Assembly: GCA_041556855.1 (NCBI GenBank)
Contig: JBFFHS010000001.1
Span: forward strand, 9,423 to 73,422
Reading direction: 5' to 3'
From: Gammaproteobacteria bacterium
GTDB taxonomy: Bacteria > Pseudomonadota > Gammaproteobacteria > Steroidobacterales > JBFFHS01
DNA length: 64,000 nucleotides
Both the position numbers and the translations under genes were made by a program. The notes beneath the pieces are model-generated. The model made no database searches, was not told the origin of the DNA, and saw only the letters and a list, made by a program, of their open reading frames with translations. This document shows positions 17,525 through 27,725 of this stretch, piece by piece. Positions within the stretch are counted from its first letter, which is position 1. Each line of letters starts with the position of its first letter.

Positions 17525-20500
17525 CGATGAATGGCTGCAGCGCTCGGATCAGCTGATTTTCCTGATAAGGCTTGACCAGATAGTCGTTCACGCCGATCTC
17601 GATGGCGCGCGCACGATGCTTCTCACTGGAACGAGAAGTAATCATGACAATGGGAGTGTCCTTGACCCGCGGGTCGTTACGTACATGGGTGGCAAACTGA
17701 TACCCATCCATGCGCGGCATCTCGATATCCAGAAGAATGACGTCCGGCTCATGATCCTGGAGCACCGTTATGGCATCCAGGCCATCTTTGGCGGTGAGCA
17801 CCCGGATGCCATGACGTTCCAGAAGGCGCTCGGTTACGCGGCGCACGGTTATCGAATCATCCACCACCAGAGCCGTGGGCTGGGATTGGATCACCGGTGC
17901 TGCGGGCTCGGGTTTCGGACCGCTATCGGCGCGACGCTGGCGCACCAGGGCGCCCATGTCGAGAATTACGACAATGCGCCCATCGCCGAGAATGGTGGCA
18001 CCGGACACGCCGGGGATACCCGCGATCTGCGGTCCCAGGGTCTTGACCACGATTTCACGGCTACCCTCAACTTGATCGGTCAACAGGGCCGTTGAGCTGT
18101 CGCCAGCACGCACCAGCACCAGGGAGACGGAACTTTCATCCTCGGGCAGCGCTGAGGGTCCGGCATCCACAAAAGTGCCCAGATGCTGAATGCGATAGCT
18201 CACGTCGCCATATTCCAGACGCGGGTCGTCCTCCGTGAGCCGATCCAACAGCTGGTCTTTGGGCAACCGGGTAATGCCTTCCACCGTGGGCAGCGGCAGC
18301 GCAAAGGTCTCCTCGCCAACCTGGACAATCAGCGCCTGGGTGATCGCCAGCGTATAGGGCAAACGGATAGTAAAGCGGGTTCCCTGGCCGGGCTCTGAGG
18401 CAATCCGCAGCGAACCACCCAGCTTGGCCACCTGATCGTCCACCACGTCCAGCCCCACGCCGCGGCCGGCGGCCTGGGTTAACTCGCCGGCGGTGGTGAA
18501 GCCAGGCGCCAGAATCAACTCCATGGCATCCTCATCGGAGACCTGCTGGCCGGGCTCAAGCAAGCCGAGTTCCTGCGCCTTGGTCCGAATAGCGCGCAAA
18601 TCCAGACCTGCACCGTCATCGCTCACCTCGATCTGCACTTCGGAGCCCTCGCGCTGCAGGGCGATCACGATTCGGCCCCGGTCCGGCTTACCAGCCGCCT
18701 GGCGCTGCTCCGGCGACTCGATGCCGTGCACCACTGCGTTCCGCAGCAGATGCTCGAAGGGTGGCAACATCTTTTCCAGCACCTGGCGGTCCAACTCGCC
18801 AGCAGCTCCTTCGACCACCAGCTCCGCCTGCTTACCGCTCTCCTGGGCCGCTTGGCGCACAATCCGCTCCAGGCGCGAGACATGCCGCTTGAAGGGCACC
18901 ATGCGCGTCTGCATGAGCCCATCCTGCAGTTCAGTCGTCACGCGGCCCTGCTGCGTGAGCAGCGTTTCCGCGTCGGTGTTCAGCGTGCGCAGCAGATCAT
19001 TGATGCTGGCCACGTCGCTGACGGACTCCGCCAGCGCCCGGGACAACTGCTGAATGGTGGAATAACGGTCCAGCTCGAGAGGGTCGAAGTCCCGGTCGTC
19101 ACCCAGGTCATGCTGATGGCGATACAGAATCTGCGCCTCCGTCTCGGCCTCCAGCTTGCGCAGTTGCTCCTTCAAGCGGAGCACCGTCTGAGACAGTTCC
19201 ACGAGATTGAAGTCAATGGACTGAATCTGCTGCTTCAAGCGCGACTGAAAAATCGAAATCTCGCCAGCGCTGTTGAGAAGCCCGTCCAACAGCTCCGCAT
19301 CGACGCGGGCCACCTCGGCCCGCTCCAGCGCGGACGCCGGTGACGGCGGCGCGGGCACCGCTTCGTCGGCCGGTTCGACCTCCGGCACCGCGACGTTTAA
19401 AGGCTCGGCCGGCTCAGAATAGATCCCGGTGACTTCTTCCTCCTCTGGCCAACTCTCATCAGCTGCTTCTGGGCCGGCCCCCGCAAAGCTCTGCTCATCG
19501 CGCGCCCCAATGATGCTGTCCGATGGTGCCTCGCTGGAGGCTGTCGCGACAGGGATTAGATCCGGGCCAGTCGGTGGCGAGCCGGCCAGGCCACCAACCT
19601 CGGCCGCAGCCTCTTCCGGCTCCACGCCGGCTGCGCCCGCCTCAGCCAGCACATTGATGCGCCGAATCAAGTCGGTGGATTCCCGCAAACCGGCGCCACC
19701 CACCACGGCATCGCGCATGTGATGCAGCTCATCCAAGGCTGACTGGATCGTGACAATGGCCCCATCCCCAGGCTGCACCGAACCCTCGGCCCAACCCACC
19801 AGCAGATTCTCCAGTGCGTGGCTCAAATTGCCCATGGGGGTGAGCCCCGCCATGCGAGCGCCGCCCTTCAGCGTGTGGGTCAGGCGCTGCAACTCCACAA
19901 CCCGCTCCCGATTGCCATGGTCAGCCGCGAGGACGCGCAGAGCGTCCTCCGCCGCCTCCAGCAGCTCGGCTGCCTCAGCAGTAAAGATCGCCGCGATCTC
20001 AGAATCGAACTCAAAAAACTGTTCGGCCGCCGGCTCGCCGATGACAGGTTCGGCAGCGGACGGCACCACCAGTGCGCTGACCTCCGACACGGGCTCCACG
20101 GCTAAGCCGTCGCTGCTGACGGGTTCTTCGGCCTGAGCCAAAGGCTCCCCAGTCCCCGGCTGCGAGGACTCCGCCGCCACGGGTTGCTGCGCCGCCGCTA
20201 GCGTATCCAGTTCACCCAGCAGGGCGCGGTAGTCATCCTGGTAGGGCTGCCCGCTCTCCAGCGCATCCGCCATGTTTCCCAGTGCCTGAGCGATGGCCTG
20301 AATAACGCCGCGGGCGGTCCTATCCAGGCTGCCCCCCGCCTTGAAAAGTTGGCTAACGAAGCGGTTCAGGGGCGCCGCCAGCTCTATTGCGGGCTCGAAG
20401 GACGCCATATTGGCGCTGCCCGCCAGGGTGTGGCAAACCCGGTGCAGATCGTCGGTCACCCGCGTGCCTGCCTGATCCGGCGCGGCGTCGAGAAAATTCC

Positions 20501-22916
20501 GAATCGCGGCTACGTGGCCGCGGGTTTCCTTGATGAAAATTTCCTGCAGGACCGGATCCATGTCCGTGACCAGCCCCGGCGCGGGCGGCGCTGCGGCTGG
20601 TGTCTCCAGCGCCGGGACACGCAGGGAGCCGCTGGTCATGCTGGCGGCCTCGGGATCCCCCTCCGCGAAGGCCTCGGCCTGCTTCATCAGGAACTGCACG
20701 TCCAAACGCGGTGCTCGGCCGATCTCCAACTGCTCCAGCAACTCAGGCAACGCCTCTACGGCGCGCTGCAAGAAGTCTGCTATGGCATCGCTGCGCTCCA
20801 GAGTCTGGTTAATCAGCCGATTAAGCAGATTCTCGATGCTCCACGAAAACTCTCCGATGAGCTGAGCGCCGACCATCCTCCCGCTGCCTTTCAATGTGTG
20901 AAAGCTGCGGCGGACGGTGATGAGCGCCTCGGAGTCATCCGGATGCTGCAACCACTGGGGAAAGTGCTTGCGAATACTCGTCAACTCTTCCTGGGCTTCC
21001 TCGATGAACACCTCCACCAGCTCCGGATCAACCCGCTCGGCATGCTCAGACATGACTGCGGGCACTGGTGCGCTGACCGCCGCCTCGGGCTCCGTGGCGG
21101 GCTGGCCAAGCTCCGCCTCGACCACCGGCGCCGCGGTCTTTTCTCGTTCCGCGGCAGCCTCGACGGGTGCCTCGTCAGCCTCGGGTGCCGCCTCCGCTGC
21201 TGACTCAACAGCAGACGGCACCGCCACCGGCTGGGCTTCCAAGACCTGCAGACAGGTCTCGGCGTTGTCCAGCATGTACCAGGGATCGGCCCGGCCTGCT
21301 TTCAGGGTCTCCATGTAGTACTCAACGCTGACAATGGCGTCGGCAAGGCGGTCCAGCTTGTCCGGCTTGAGCGTCGGCTGCCCCGGCGCCAAGCGGGCAT
21401 GGATGACGGCGCCGATTCGCTCGATAACTTTGACAGCGCGAGTCTTACCCAGCATCAGCAAGCCCGCCGTCACGCCCCGCAGCTGAGGAGCGACTCGATC
21501 CAGTGCCTCAGAGTCACCGCGCTGGCTCACCAGCTGAGTGACCGCTTCCTTGATCCTGGCAAGATTGACGGCACACTCGCGCAATACGGCTTCGGCAACG
21601 TGGCGATATTCTGCGTCCGTCTCGGGGGCAGCTGCCTTTTCGCCCTCCAGCGGCATAATGACCCGCACCAGCTGCTGATCAAGCTCATCTTCGACGTTCA
21701 GCAGGGTGGCGGCCATCTTGATCAGAGTGCCCTCATCAGCGGCCTCTTGATCTGCAATGAAAGCGGCCAACTCTTTGATCTCGCCCTGAATGCGTTCCCG
21801 CAGGTCGCCCAGCCCCAAAACTCCCAGGGTGTCACTGATCTTCTTCAGCATGTCCAGCTGAGGCTTCAAATCTTCGGCATCGGACATGCCGGTGCGAACA
21901 AAGATATCCAGGGCATCCTTGACGTTACTGAGGTCTTCCTTGATGGCAGCGGCCACCGTGCGCATGAGCTTGACGCTGGGACCGGCCAACCCTTCCCGGG
22001 CCTCCGCCAGCTCGTGGTCGCCGGGCAACAGATTGACCAGCCCGAAGCTGTTGCGAATCTCCTTGATACGATCGGTCTCCACCTTGGAGCGTCCGACGTA
22101 GTACAACAGATGATTGAGTAGATCCCGCGGCGCCGCCTTAGCTGCATCAGCCTCACCCCGGTCTATGGTGATCTTGAGGAAACGGTCGGCCTGTCCAATC
22201 AAGCGCTGCAACGCCACGCTGGACTCCACCCCACCTTTCTGCAGCGCCTCCAGCACCCCAGAAAGCACGTACCACAGCTGATAGATGGCGTCGGCCGTGG
22301 CCACGCCCTCCAGCGCCCGGCTGACGGTATACAGCCGATTCCAATTGGCGTGCAGATCCCTGCCCTTGATCCAGCCAAGCAGAGCCATCTGAAAGCTGGG
22401 CCGAAGCTTGCTTGCCAGGGCGGTGAAGTTCTCTGCGGCAGGCCCGGCCGCCTCTGGCGCCGCTGGCCCGGCGCCCTGGCCGGGTCCAACGTTGAGCAGC
22501 AGCAACGTACCCTCTGACATCAGCGGCTCACCGCGGATGGCGCGCAGATCGTTCAATAGGGGCAACAGCACTAAGGCAATGTCGCGCCCCCCGCTGGCGA
22601 CCCGATCCAGGTACGCGGGCAACTGCACCATCGCCCTGCCAAGCGCCTCGACACTCTGCAGCACGACATCCTCATCCGTAAGCTCGGTAAGATAGTCGCA
22701 GGCCTGCTCCATTTCTTCGGCCAAGAGCGCAGCGCCGTGCACTTCGACGATCTTCAACGCGCCGCGAACCAGATGCAGTTGCCGGGCACAGTCCGCCAGC
22801 GCACCCTTGCCAACGCGCCCGTCAATATAGTTCTCAAGACCCTGGCGCGCCTGGTCCAGCGCAGTGGTCAGCTCCTTATTGACGAGCTCGAGAGAGTTTA
22901 CCGCCAGCTCGGTCAT
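17508..22916 (-). CDS. chpA: ChpA-type hybrid CheA histidine kinase (multiple Hpt domains, HATPase, CheW and C-terminal receiver)
   Basis: 1802 aa. There are three canonical Hpt motifs (HTLKGSGRMVGA, HTLAGSANMASF, HTLKGGARMAGL) plus degenerate N-terminal Hpt/FimL-like repeats. Also present are a G1/G2 ATPase region (DDGAGLD..GRGVGLDVV), a CheW-like region and a REC domain (VVDDSITVRR..DIEMPRMDG..KP). Confidence 0.9.
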   Translation of the reverse strand: MTELAVNSLELVNKELTTALDQARQGLENYIDGRVGKGALADCARQLHLVRGALKIVEVHGAALLAEEMEQACDYLTELTDEDVVLQSVEALGRAMVQLPAYLDRVASGGRDIALVLLPLLNDLRAIRGEPLMSEGTLLLLNVGPGQGAGPAAPEAAGPAAENFTALASKLRPSFQMALLGWIKGRDLHANWNRLYTVSRALEGVATADAIYQLWYVLSGVLEALQKGGVESSVALQRLIGQADRFLKITIDRGEADAAKAAPRDLLNHLLYYVGRSKVETDRIKEIRNSFGLVNLLPGDHELAEAREGLAGPSVKLMRTVAAAIKEDLSNVKDALDIFVRTGMSDAEDLKPQLDMLKKISDTLGVLGLGDLRERIQGEIKELAAFIADQEAADEGTLIKMAATLLNVEDELDQQLVRVIMPLEGEKAAAPETDAEYRHVAEAVLRECAVNLARIKEAVTQLVSQRGDSEALDRVAPQLRGVTAGLLMLGKTRAVKVIERIGAVIHARLAPGQPTLKPDKLDRLADAIVSVEYYMETLKAGRADPWYMLDNAETCLQVLEAQPVAVPSAVESAAEAAPEADEAPVEAAAEREKTAAPVVEAELGQPATEPEAAVSAPVPAVMSEHAERVDPELVEVFIEEAQEELTSIRKHFPQWLQHPDDSEALITVRRSFHTLKGSGRMVGAQLIGEFSWSIENLLNRLINQTLERSDAIADFLQRAVEALPELLEQLEIGRAPRLDVQFLMKQAEAFAEGDPEAASMTSGSLRVPALETPAAAPPAPGLVTDMDPVLQEIFIKETRGHVAAIRNFLDAAPDQAGTRVTDDLHRVCHTLAGSANMASFEPAIELAAPLNRFVSQLFKAGGSLDRTARGVIQAIAQALGNMADALESGQPYQDDYRALLGELDTLAAAQQPVAAESSQPGTGEPLAQAEEPVSSDGLAVEPVSEVSALVVPSAAEPVIGEPAAEQFFEFDSEIAAIFTAEAAELLEAAEDALRVLAADHGNRERVVELQRLTHTLKGGARMAGLTPMGNLSHALENLLVGWAEGSVQPGDGAIVTIQSALDELHHMRDAVVGGAGLRESTDLIRRINVLAEAGAAGVEPEEAAAEVGGLAGSPPTGPDLIPVATASSEAPSDSIIGARDEQSFAGAGPEAADESWPEEEEVTGIYSEPAEPLNVAVPEVEPADEAVPAPPSPASALERAEVARVDAELLDGLLNSAGEISIFQSRLKQQIQSIDFNLVELSQTVLRLKEQLRKLEAETEAQILYRHQHDLGDDRDFDPLELDRYSTIQQLSRALAESVSDVASINDLLRTLNTDAETLLTQQGRVTTELQDGLMQTRMVPFKRHVSRLERIVRQAAQESGKQAELVVEGAAGELDRQVLEKMLPPFEHLLRNAVVHGIESPEQRQAAGKPDRGRIVIALQREGSEVQIEVSDDGAGLDLRAIRTKAQELGLLEPGQQVSDEDAMELILAPGFTTAGELTQAAGRGVGLDVVDDQVAKLGGSLRIASEPGQGTRFTIRLPYTLAITQALIVQVGEETFALPLPTVEGITRLPKDQLLDRLTEDDPRLEYGDVSYRIQHLGTFVDAGPSALPEDESSVSLVLVRAGDSSTALLTDQVEGSREIVVKTLGPQIAGIPGVSGATILGDGRIVVILDMGALVRQRRADSGPKPEPAAPVIQSQPTALVVDDSITVRRVTERLLERHGIRVLTAKDGLDAITVLQDHEPDVILLDIEMPRMDGYQFATHVRNDPRVKDTPIVMITSRSSEKHRARAIEIGVNDYLVKPYQENQLIRALQPFIGDDGE

Positions 22917-22953
22917 GTCATGCCCGTTTCAACACCTGCCATGATGCGTGTTT

Positions 22954-25044
22954 TCAGCCTGTTTGACGTTGCTGCTGGTGCGGTTCCAGGGACGAGGAGA
23001 CGTCCGGCGTCGTCCTGGCCATCGCCGCCTGTGCATCTGCATCGCCCTCATCGGCAACGCCGCCGCTGCTTTCACCCGGCAACAGGAAACCACTCACCGA
23101 CTTACGCAGCTGGGAAGCGAGCTCCGACAGCTTGCTGATCGCGCTGGAGGTCGCGGTGGTGCTCTGGGCCGTTTTATTTCCGATTCCGCGCAGCACCTGC
23201 ATGTTGCGGGTAATGTCAGCGGCGGCTTCAGCCTGCTCCCGCGCCGATCCGGAGATGTTCTGTACTAAAGTAGCAAACTGATTCGAGACCTGATCGATCT
23301 CTTCCAAAGCTGCTCCGGCATTCTCGGCCAGCAGCGCTCCGCCCACCACATCCGTAGTGCTGCGCTCCATGGATACCACGGCTTCGTTAGTATCCGATTG
23401 AATTGTGCTGACCAGCACCTCGATCTGCTTGGTGGCATTAGCGGAGCGCTCAGCGAGCCGCTGCACCTCGTCGGCGACCACAGCAAATCCCCGGCCCGCC
23501 TCACCGGCCATGGACGCCTGAATCGAAGCATTCAGCGCCAGGATGTTGGTTTGTTCAGCAATATCATTAATAAGCTCGACGATATTACCAATCTCCTGGG
23601 AGCTCTCGCCGAGCCGCTTAATGCGCTTCGACGTCTCTTGAATAGTCTCGCGAATCGTATTCATGCCCTCGATGGTGCGCCGAACTGCTTCGCCACCCTT
23701 GCTGGCCACGTCCACCGAATGGCGCGCCACGTCCGCGCAACGCTCTGCGTTACCCGACACCTCCTCGATAGAGATGGCCATCTGGGCGATGGACTCCGAT
23801 GCGGCGGCCAGCTGCTTCAACTGCAGCTCGCTGGAACGCACCAGATGCTGGGATGTCGCCTCGGTCTGCTTGGAGGCCCCATCCAATAGAATGGAGGAGT
23901 CGTTGATGGTGGCAACCAGATCCCGCAGCGCGCCGATCGCGTAATTTATCGAGTCGGCAATAGCGCCGGTAATGTCCTCGGTGACCGTAGCCTCAACGGT
24001 GAGATCACCATCAGCCAGCGGCTGCAGCTCATCCAGCAGGCGCAGGATGGCCTGCTGATTACGCTCGTTTTGCGCAGCATGCTGTTCAGCCGCATGACGG
24101 TAATCGCGCGCCCGGTGATAGGCCAGCATCATCGTCAGCAAGACCAGCACGGCGCCGCCCAGCAGCGCCAGTCCCAGGGAAGAATCCAATCCGAAGGGTA
24201 ACGCTGACTGGCTCGGGCGCACCTCCTGTCGATAGCGGGCGAATATGCTGGCGGCGGCTTGATCCAGCTGGTCGCGAGCCCCAGCGGCGGCAACCAGGGC
24301 CCCTTCGGCGCGCGCGACCCGATCCAGAGCATCACGCAGCTGCACATGGATTTCACGGGCCCGCGCCAAGCCGCCGGCCCGAGCATCTTCATTCAACGGC
24401 GCAACGCCCAGCCCGGTCTGCTCGCCAGCCAGCGCCCGCAGGATCTGATCAATAAAGCCCTCAGCGTCCGCGGTCCGACGCGTCAAAAGCGCCGCATCGC
24501 TCGCCTGGGGAAGACCTCCCAGGTCCTGCTGGATCTGCTGAACACTGAGCTCAAAGCGATCCATAGCGTTCTGATTTCTGGCCAACGTGCCAGCGGGCAT
24601 GGCCGCAGCCAGGTTGGCGGCCGCCGCCAGCAGATCCGGAGCCAACCGCTGCGCCTCGGTGACCGCTGCATAGGCCTGTCCCAACGCGTCCCGCTGGCTG
24701 ACAAAGATTTGACGGGCTTCGGAGAGGCTCTGCCACGCCTGGCCATCAGCCAGGACCTGCCGAACCGATTCGGCGGCGGTTGCGTCCCGCAGGACGATGC
24801 GGCGCAGCTCGTTCGCTTCCTGTGCGGCGGCAACCAGCTCGTCCAGAGCCACCTGATCGCCCGCCGCAGCGGCCGCGCCGTTAGCACGCGCGGCCTGAGC
24901 CAGCGCCACAAGCCGACTGAGCTGCGCTTCGCCGCCGCCGGCGCCGCCGGTCGACCAGATCACCGCGCCCGCGACCAACAGCAAAGCCAGCAGCAATCCC
25001 GCCAAAGTGGGGATGACTTGCATCCAACGACTTGTCTTGAGCAT
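22954..25044 (-). CDS. pilJ: PilJ-type methyl-accepting chemotaxis protein
   Basis: 696 aa with an N-terminal TM helix, a large periplasmic region, HAMP, and a highly conserved MCP signalling hairpin (EQTNILALNASIQASMAGEAGRGFAVVADEVQRLAERS). Confidence 0.9.
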   Translation of the reverse strand: MLKTSRWMQVIPTLAGLLLALLLVAGAVIWSTGGAGGGEAQLSRLVALAQAARANGAAAAAGDQVALDELVAAAQEANELRRIVLRDATAAESVRQVLADGQAWQSLSEARQIFVSQRDALGQAYAAVTEAQRLAPDLLAAAANLAAAMPAGTLARNQNAMDRFELSVQQIQQDLGGLPQASDAALLTRRTADAEGFIDQILRALAGEQTGLGVAPLNEDARAGGLARAREIHVQLRDALDRVARAEGALVAAAGARDQLDQAAASIFARYRQEVRPSQSALPFGLDSSLGLALLGGAVLVLLTMMLAYHRARDYRHAAEQHAAQNERNQQAILRLLDELQPLADGDLTVEATVTEDITGAIADSINYAIGALRDLVATINDSSILLDGASKQTEATSQHLVRSSELQLKQLAAASESIAQMAISIEEVSGNAERCADVARHSVDVASKGGEAVRRTIEGMNTIRETIQETSKRIKRLGESSQEIGNIVELINDIAEQTNILALNASIQASMAGEAGRGFAVVADEVQRLAERSANATKQIEVLVSTIQSDTNEAVVSMERSTTDVVGGALLAENAGAALEEIDQVSNQFATLVQNISGSAREQAEAAADITRNMQVLRGIGNKTAQSTTATSSAISKLSELASQLRKSVSGFLLPGESSGGVADEGDADAQAAMARTTPDVSSSLEPHQQQRQTG

Positions 25045-25072
25045 GTTTGTCCGTCAGCCCCAAGCGCGCCGA

Positions 25073-25624
25073 TCACTCGGCGGCGCTTAAGAACTGCTCG
25101 TCCTCCAAAAGCTTAGTTAGGCGAAACAGCGGCCACTTCTCATCCCCGCGCTGATAGCTGCCGTCCAGATAATTCTCGCAGCGAATGATGGTTGCAGTGG
25201 CGTGCTGCGCGTAGTCCTGGGGCGCGAAGCGTCGAAAACCGACCACCTCATCTACCAGCAACCCGGCGGGCGTGTCACGCTCGGCGGCCACCACGATCCG
25301 GGCTCTGCGATCCGGCAGGGTGATCCCGCCGCCGAGAAACGCTTTCAAGTCAACCACGGGCAACAGATGGCCGCGCACGTTAGCGATTCCCTTCAGCCAC
25401 GGCTTGGCACCCGGTACCCGGGTCAGGTTGTCAGGCACGGGCAGCACTTCGCGGACCTCCTCGCGGGGCGCCACGAAGTTTTCGCCAGCGAGCCGGAAAC
25501 CCACGCCCACCCGTTCGTTGGTCTCATCCGTAACCCCCTGACGACCGGCCAGACTGACGCGGGCGCGCCGCTCCAACTCGGCCAGCAGCTCAAAGGGCCG
25601 ATCACTGAGGGCAGCCAGGCTCAA
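25073..25624 (-). CDS. pilI: PilI (CheW-like)
   Basis: 183-aa CheW domain. Its start overlaps the pilH stop by 4 nt. Confidence 0.85.
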   Translation of the reverse strand: MSLAALSDRPFELLAELERRARVSLAGRQGVTDETNERVGVGFRLAGENFVAPREEVREVLPVPDNLTRVPGAKPWLKGIANVRGHLLPVVDLKAFLGGGITLPDRRARIVVAAERDTPAGLLVDEVVGFRRFAPQDYAQHATATIIRCENYLDGSYQRGDEKWPLFRLTKLLEDEQFLSAAE

Positions 25625-26004
25625 GCGTGTTCCCCCTGTGTGTCGATAACCTCACGCGCCTTAGCAACCAGCGCCTTTTCGGTGACTGGTTTCACCAGGT
25701 AGTCTACGGCGCCCTGACGCATTCCCCAGATCCGATCGGTCTCCTGGTCCTTGGTCGTCACCATGACGACTGGAATCGATGCGGTATCCGGATCGCGGGA
25801 CAGCGTCCGCGTTGCTTGAAACCCGTTGACACCGGGCATGACCACATCCATAAGGATCAGGTCAGGCCGGACTTCCCGGGCCAGATTGATGCACTCAGAT
25901 CCATCCGCGGCAGACACGGTCTCAAAGCCATGTCGCTCCAGGGCCGTTTTCATCACGTGCACCTCGGTCGGCGAATCATCAACGATCATTACCAACGCCA
26001 TCAC
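25621..26004 (-). CDS. pilH: PilH single-domain response regulator
   Basis: 127-aa CheY-like protein (IVDDSPTE..LILMDVVMPGVNG..KP). Confidence 0.9.
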   Translation of the reverse strand: MMALVMIVDDSPTEVHVMKTALERHGFETVSAADGSECINLAREVRPDLILMDVVMPGVNGFQATRTLSRDPDTASIPVVMVTTKDQETDRIWGMRQGAVDYLVKPVTEKALVAKAREVIDTQGEHA

Positions 26005-26029
26005 CGCTCTCCCGAAAGTTCTCCGCGGG

Positions 26030-26452
26030 CTACTTGCCTGCGTGACTTTGAATAGCCGTCAACAACTCATCCTTCGTAAAAGGCTTGGTCAGGTATTGTT
26101 CGGAGCCCACCAGACGCCCGCGCGCCCGATCGAACAACCCATCCTTGCTCGACAGCATGATGACAGGCGTGTCTCTGAACGTCCGGTTGTGTTTGATCAA
26201 AGAGCAGGTCTGATAACCATCCAGGCGCGGCATCATGATGTCCACAAAGATAATGTCGGGATGATGATCAGCGATCTTGGCCAGCGCATCGAAGCCGTCC
26301 ACCGCCGTATGGACCTCGCATCCTTCCTTGGCCAGCAATGTCTCCGCCGTACGCCGGATCGTCTTGCTGTCGTCGATCACCAGTATTTTCAGGCCGCGCA
26401 GATCGTTGCCGCTTTCGCTGGACACAAAGCTCTCCTTGCCAGGCTCATGCAT
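26030..26452 (-). CDS. pilG: PilG single-domain response regulator
   Basis: CheY-like protein (KILVIDDSKTIRR..DIIFVDIMMPRLDG..LSSKDG..KPF). Start trimmed to ATG 26452 (MHEPGK..). Confidence 0.9.
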   Translation of the reverse strand: MHEPGKESFVSSESGNDLRGLKILVIDDSKTIRRTAETLLAKEGCEVHTAVDGFDALAKIADHHPDIIFVDIMMPRLDGYQTCSLIKHNRTFRDTPVIMLSSKDGLFDRARGRLVGSEQYLTKPFTKDELLTAIQSHAGK

Positions 26453-26704
26453 AGAGGCTGCAGCCAAATCCCGCCGTTGCCGACACACACCTACACAACG
26501 CGCCTTTTAACATATTGGGCGATCCGCTACCACGAAGCCGTTGCCAGTCTCTGAAACCAGCTGCAAGCCCGCCCGGGACGGGCGTTTCGGACCCAGCGCG
26601 AGGTCCTGTCAGGAGGCAAAAACGGGTATGGTAGCCGTGCCGAGGCGGGTGGACCTTGAAGCTCGCCCTTAAACTACCTGCAAGGATGGGGGAGGCTAGA
26701 CGAG

Positions 26705-27664
26705 ATGAGCCAGCATAAATGCCAGTTGGGCGTCGTCATGGACCCCTTGGAAGGAATCAAACCGGCCAAGGACTCCACCCTGGCCATGCTGCTGGCCGCC
26801 CAGGCTCGCGGTTGGGATCTGATCTATTTTCAGCAAAATGGCCTGGCCGTTCGGGACGGACAACCTGTAGGTCAGGGTTTGACCATCAGCGTGCAGGACG
26901 ACGAACGCGACTGGCATCGCACCGGCACACCCTGGCACGGCGCCCTGGATAACCTGGATGTAATCCTGATGCGCAAAGATCCACCCTTCGACATGGAGTA
27001 CATCTACACCACCTATATTCTGCAGCTGGCAGAGAAGCGGGGCAGCCTGGTGGTGAATCGGCCCTCTAGCCTGCGGGACATCAACGAGAAGATGTATACC
27101 GCCTGGTTCCCTGAGTGCACGCCGCCCAGCGTCATCACCCGCTCCCATAGCCTCATCAAGGAGTTTCTGGCTGCACAGGGTCACATTGTTCTCAAGCCCC
27201 TGGACGGCATGGGTGGTCGTTCGATCTTCGGGGTCAAGCAGGGGGACCCCAATACGAATGTCATCCTGGAGACCCTCACCGATCACGGTCAACGCTTTAC
27301 CCTGGCCCAACGCTTCTTGCCCGAAATTGCCGACGGCGACAAGCGCATTCTTATGCTGGACGGCGAGCCGGTGCCCTATGCCCTGGCACGTATACCCTCT
27401 CCCGAGGACAGCCGCGGCAACCTGGTTATGGGGGCAACCGGCGAGGGCCGCGAGCTCACCGACCGGGATCGCTGGCTCTGCGATCAAGTGGGTCCGACAC
27501 TCCGGGAAAAAGGCATCCTGTTTGCTGGTCTGGACGTTATCGGCGACTTCATTACGGAAATCAACGTCACCAGCCCGACGGGAATCCGTGAGCTGGACCG
27601 GCAATTCAGCCTCGACATCGCTGCTATGCTGATGGACGTGATTGACAGCAAGCTGACCGGGTGA
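26705..27664 (+). CDS. gshB: Glutathione synthetase
   Basis: 319 aa; LGVVMDPLEGIKPAKDSTLAMLLAAQARGW matches the GshB N-terminus, with an ATP-grasp C-terminal part. It is divergent from pilG, as in pseudomonads. Confidence 0.95.
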   Translation: MSQHKCQLGVVMDPLEGIKPAKDSTLAMLLAAQARGWDLIYFQQNGLAVRDGQPVGQGLTISVQDDERDWHRTGTPWHGALDNLDVILMRKDPPFDMEYIYTTYILQLAEKRGSLVVNRPSSLRDINEKMYTAWFPECTPPSVITRSHSLIKEFLAAQGHIVLKPLDGMGGRSIFGVKQGDPNTNVILETLTDHGQRFTLAQRFLPEIADGDKRILMLDGEPVPYALARIPSPEDSRGNLVMGATGEGRELTDRDRWLCDQVGPTLREKGILFAGLDVIGDFITEINVTSPTGIRELDRQFSLDIAAMLMDVIDSKLTG

Positions 27665-27725
27665 GCTTTAAACGAGTCTCGCGCAGCGCCGGCGGATATA
27701 ATGGCAAAACGCCAGGGGATGATCC

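Noticed and set aside
26560-26590. Small GC hairpin (cgcccg-gga-cgggcg) with tttcgg in the pilG/gshB divergent region.
   Set aside because: The stem is only 6 bp with a 3-nt loop and no real U-tract, and it sits in a divergent promoter region where a terminator makes no sense.
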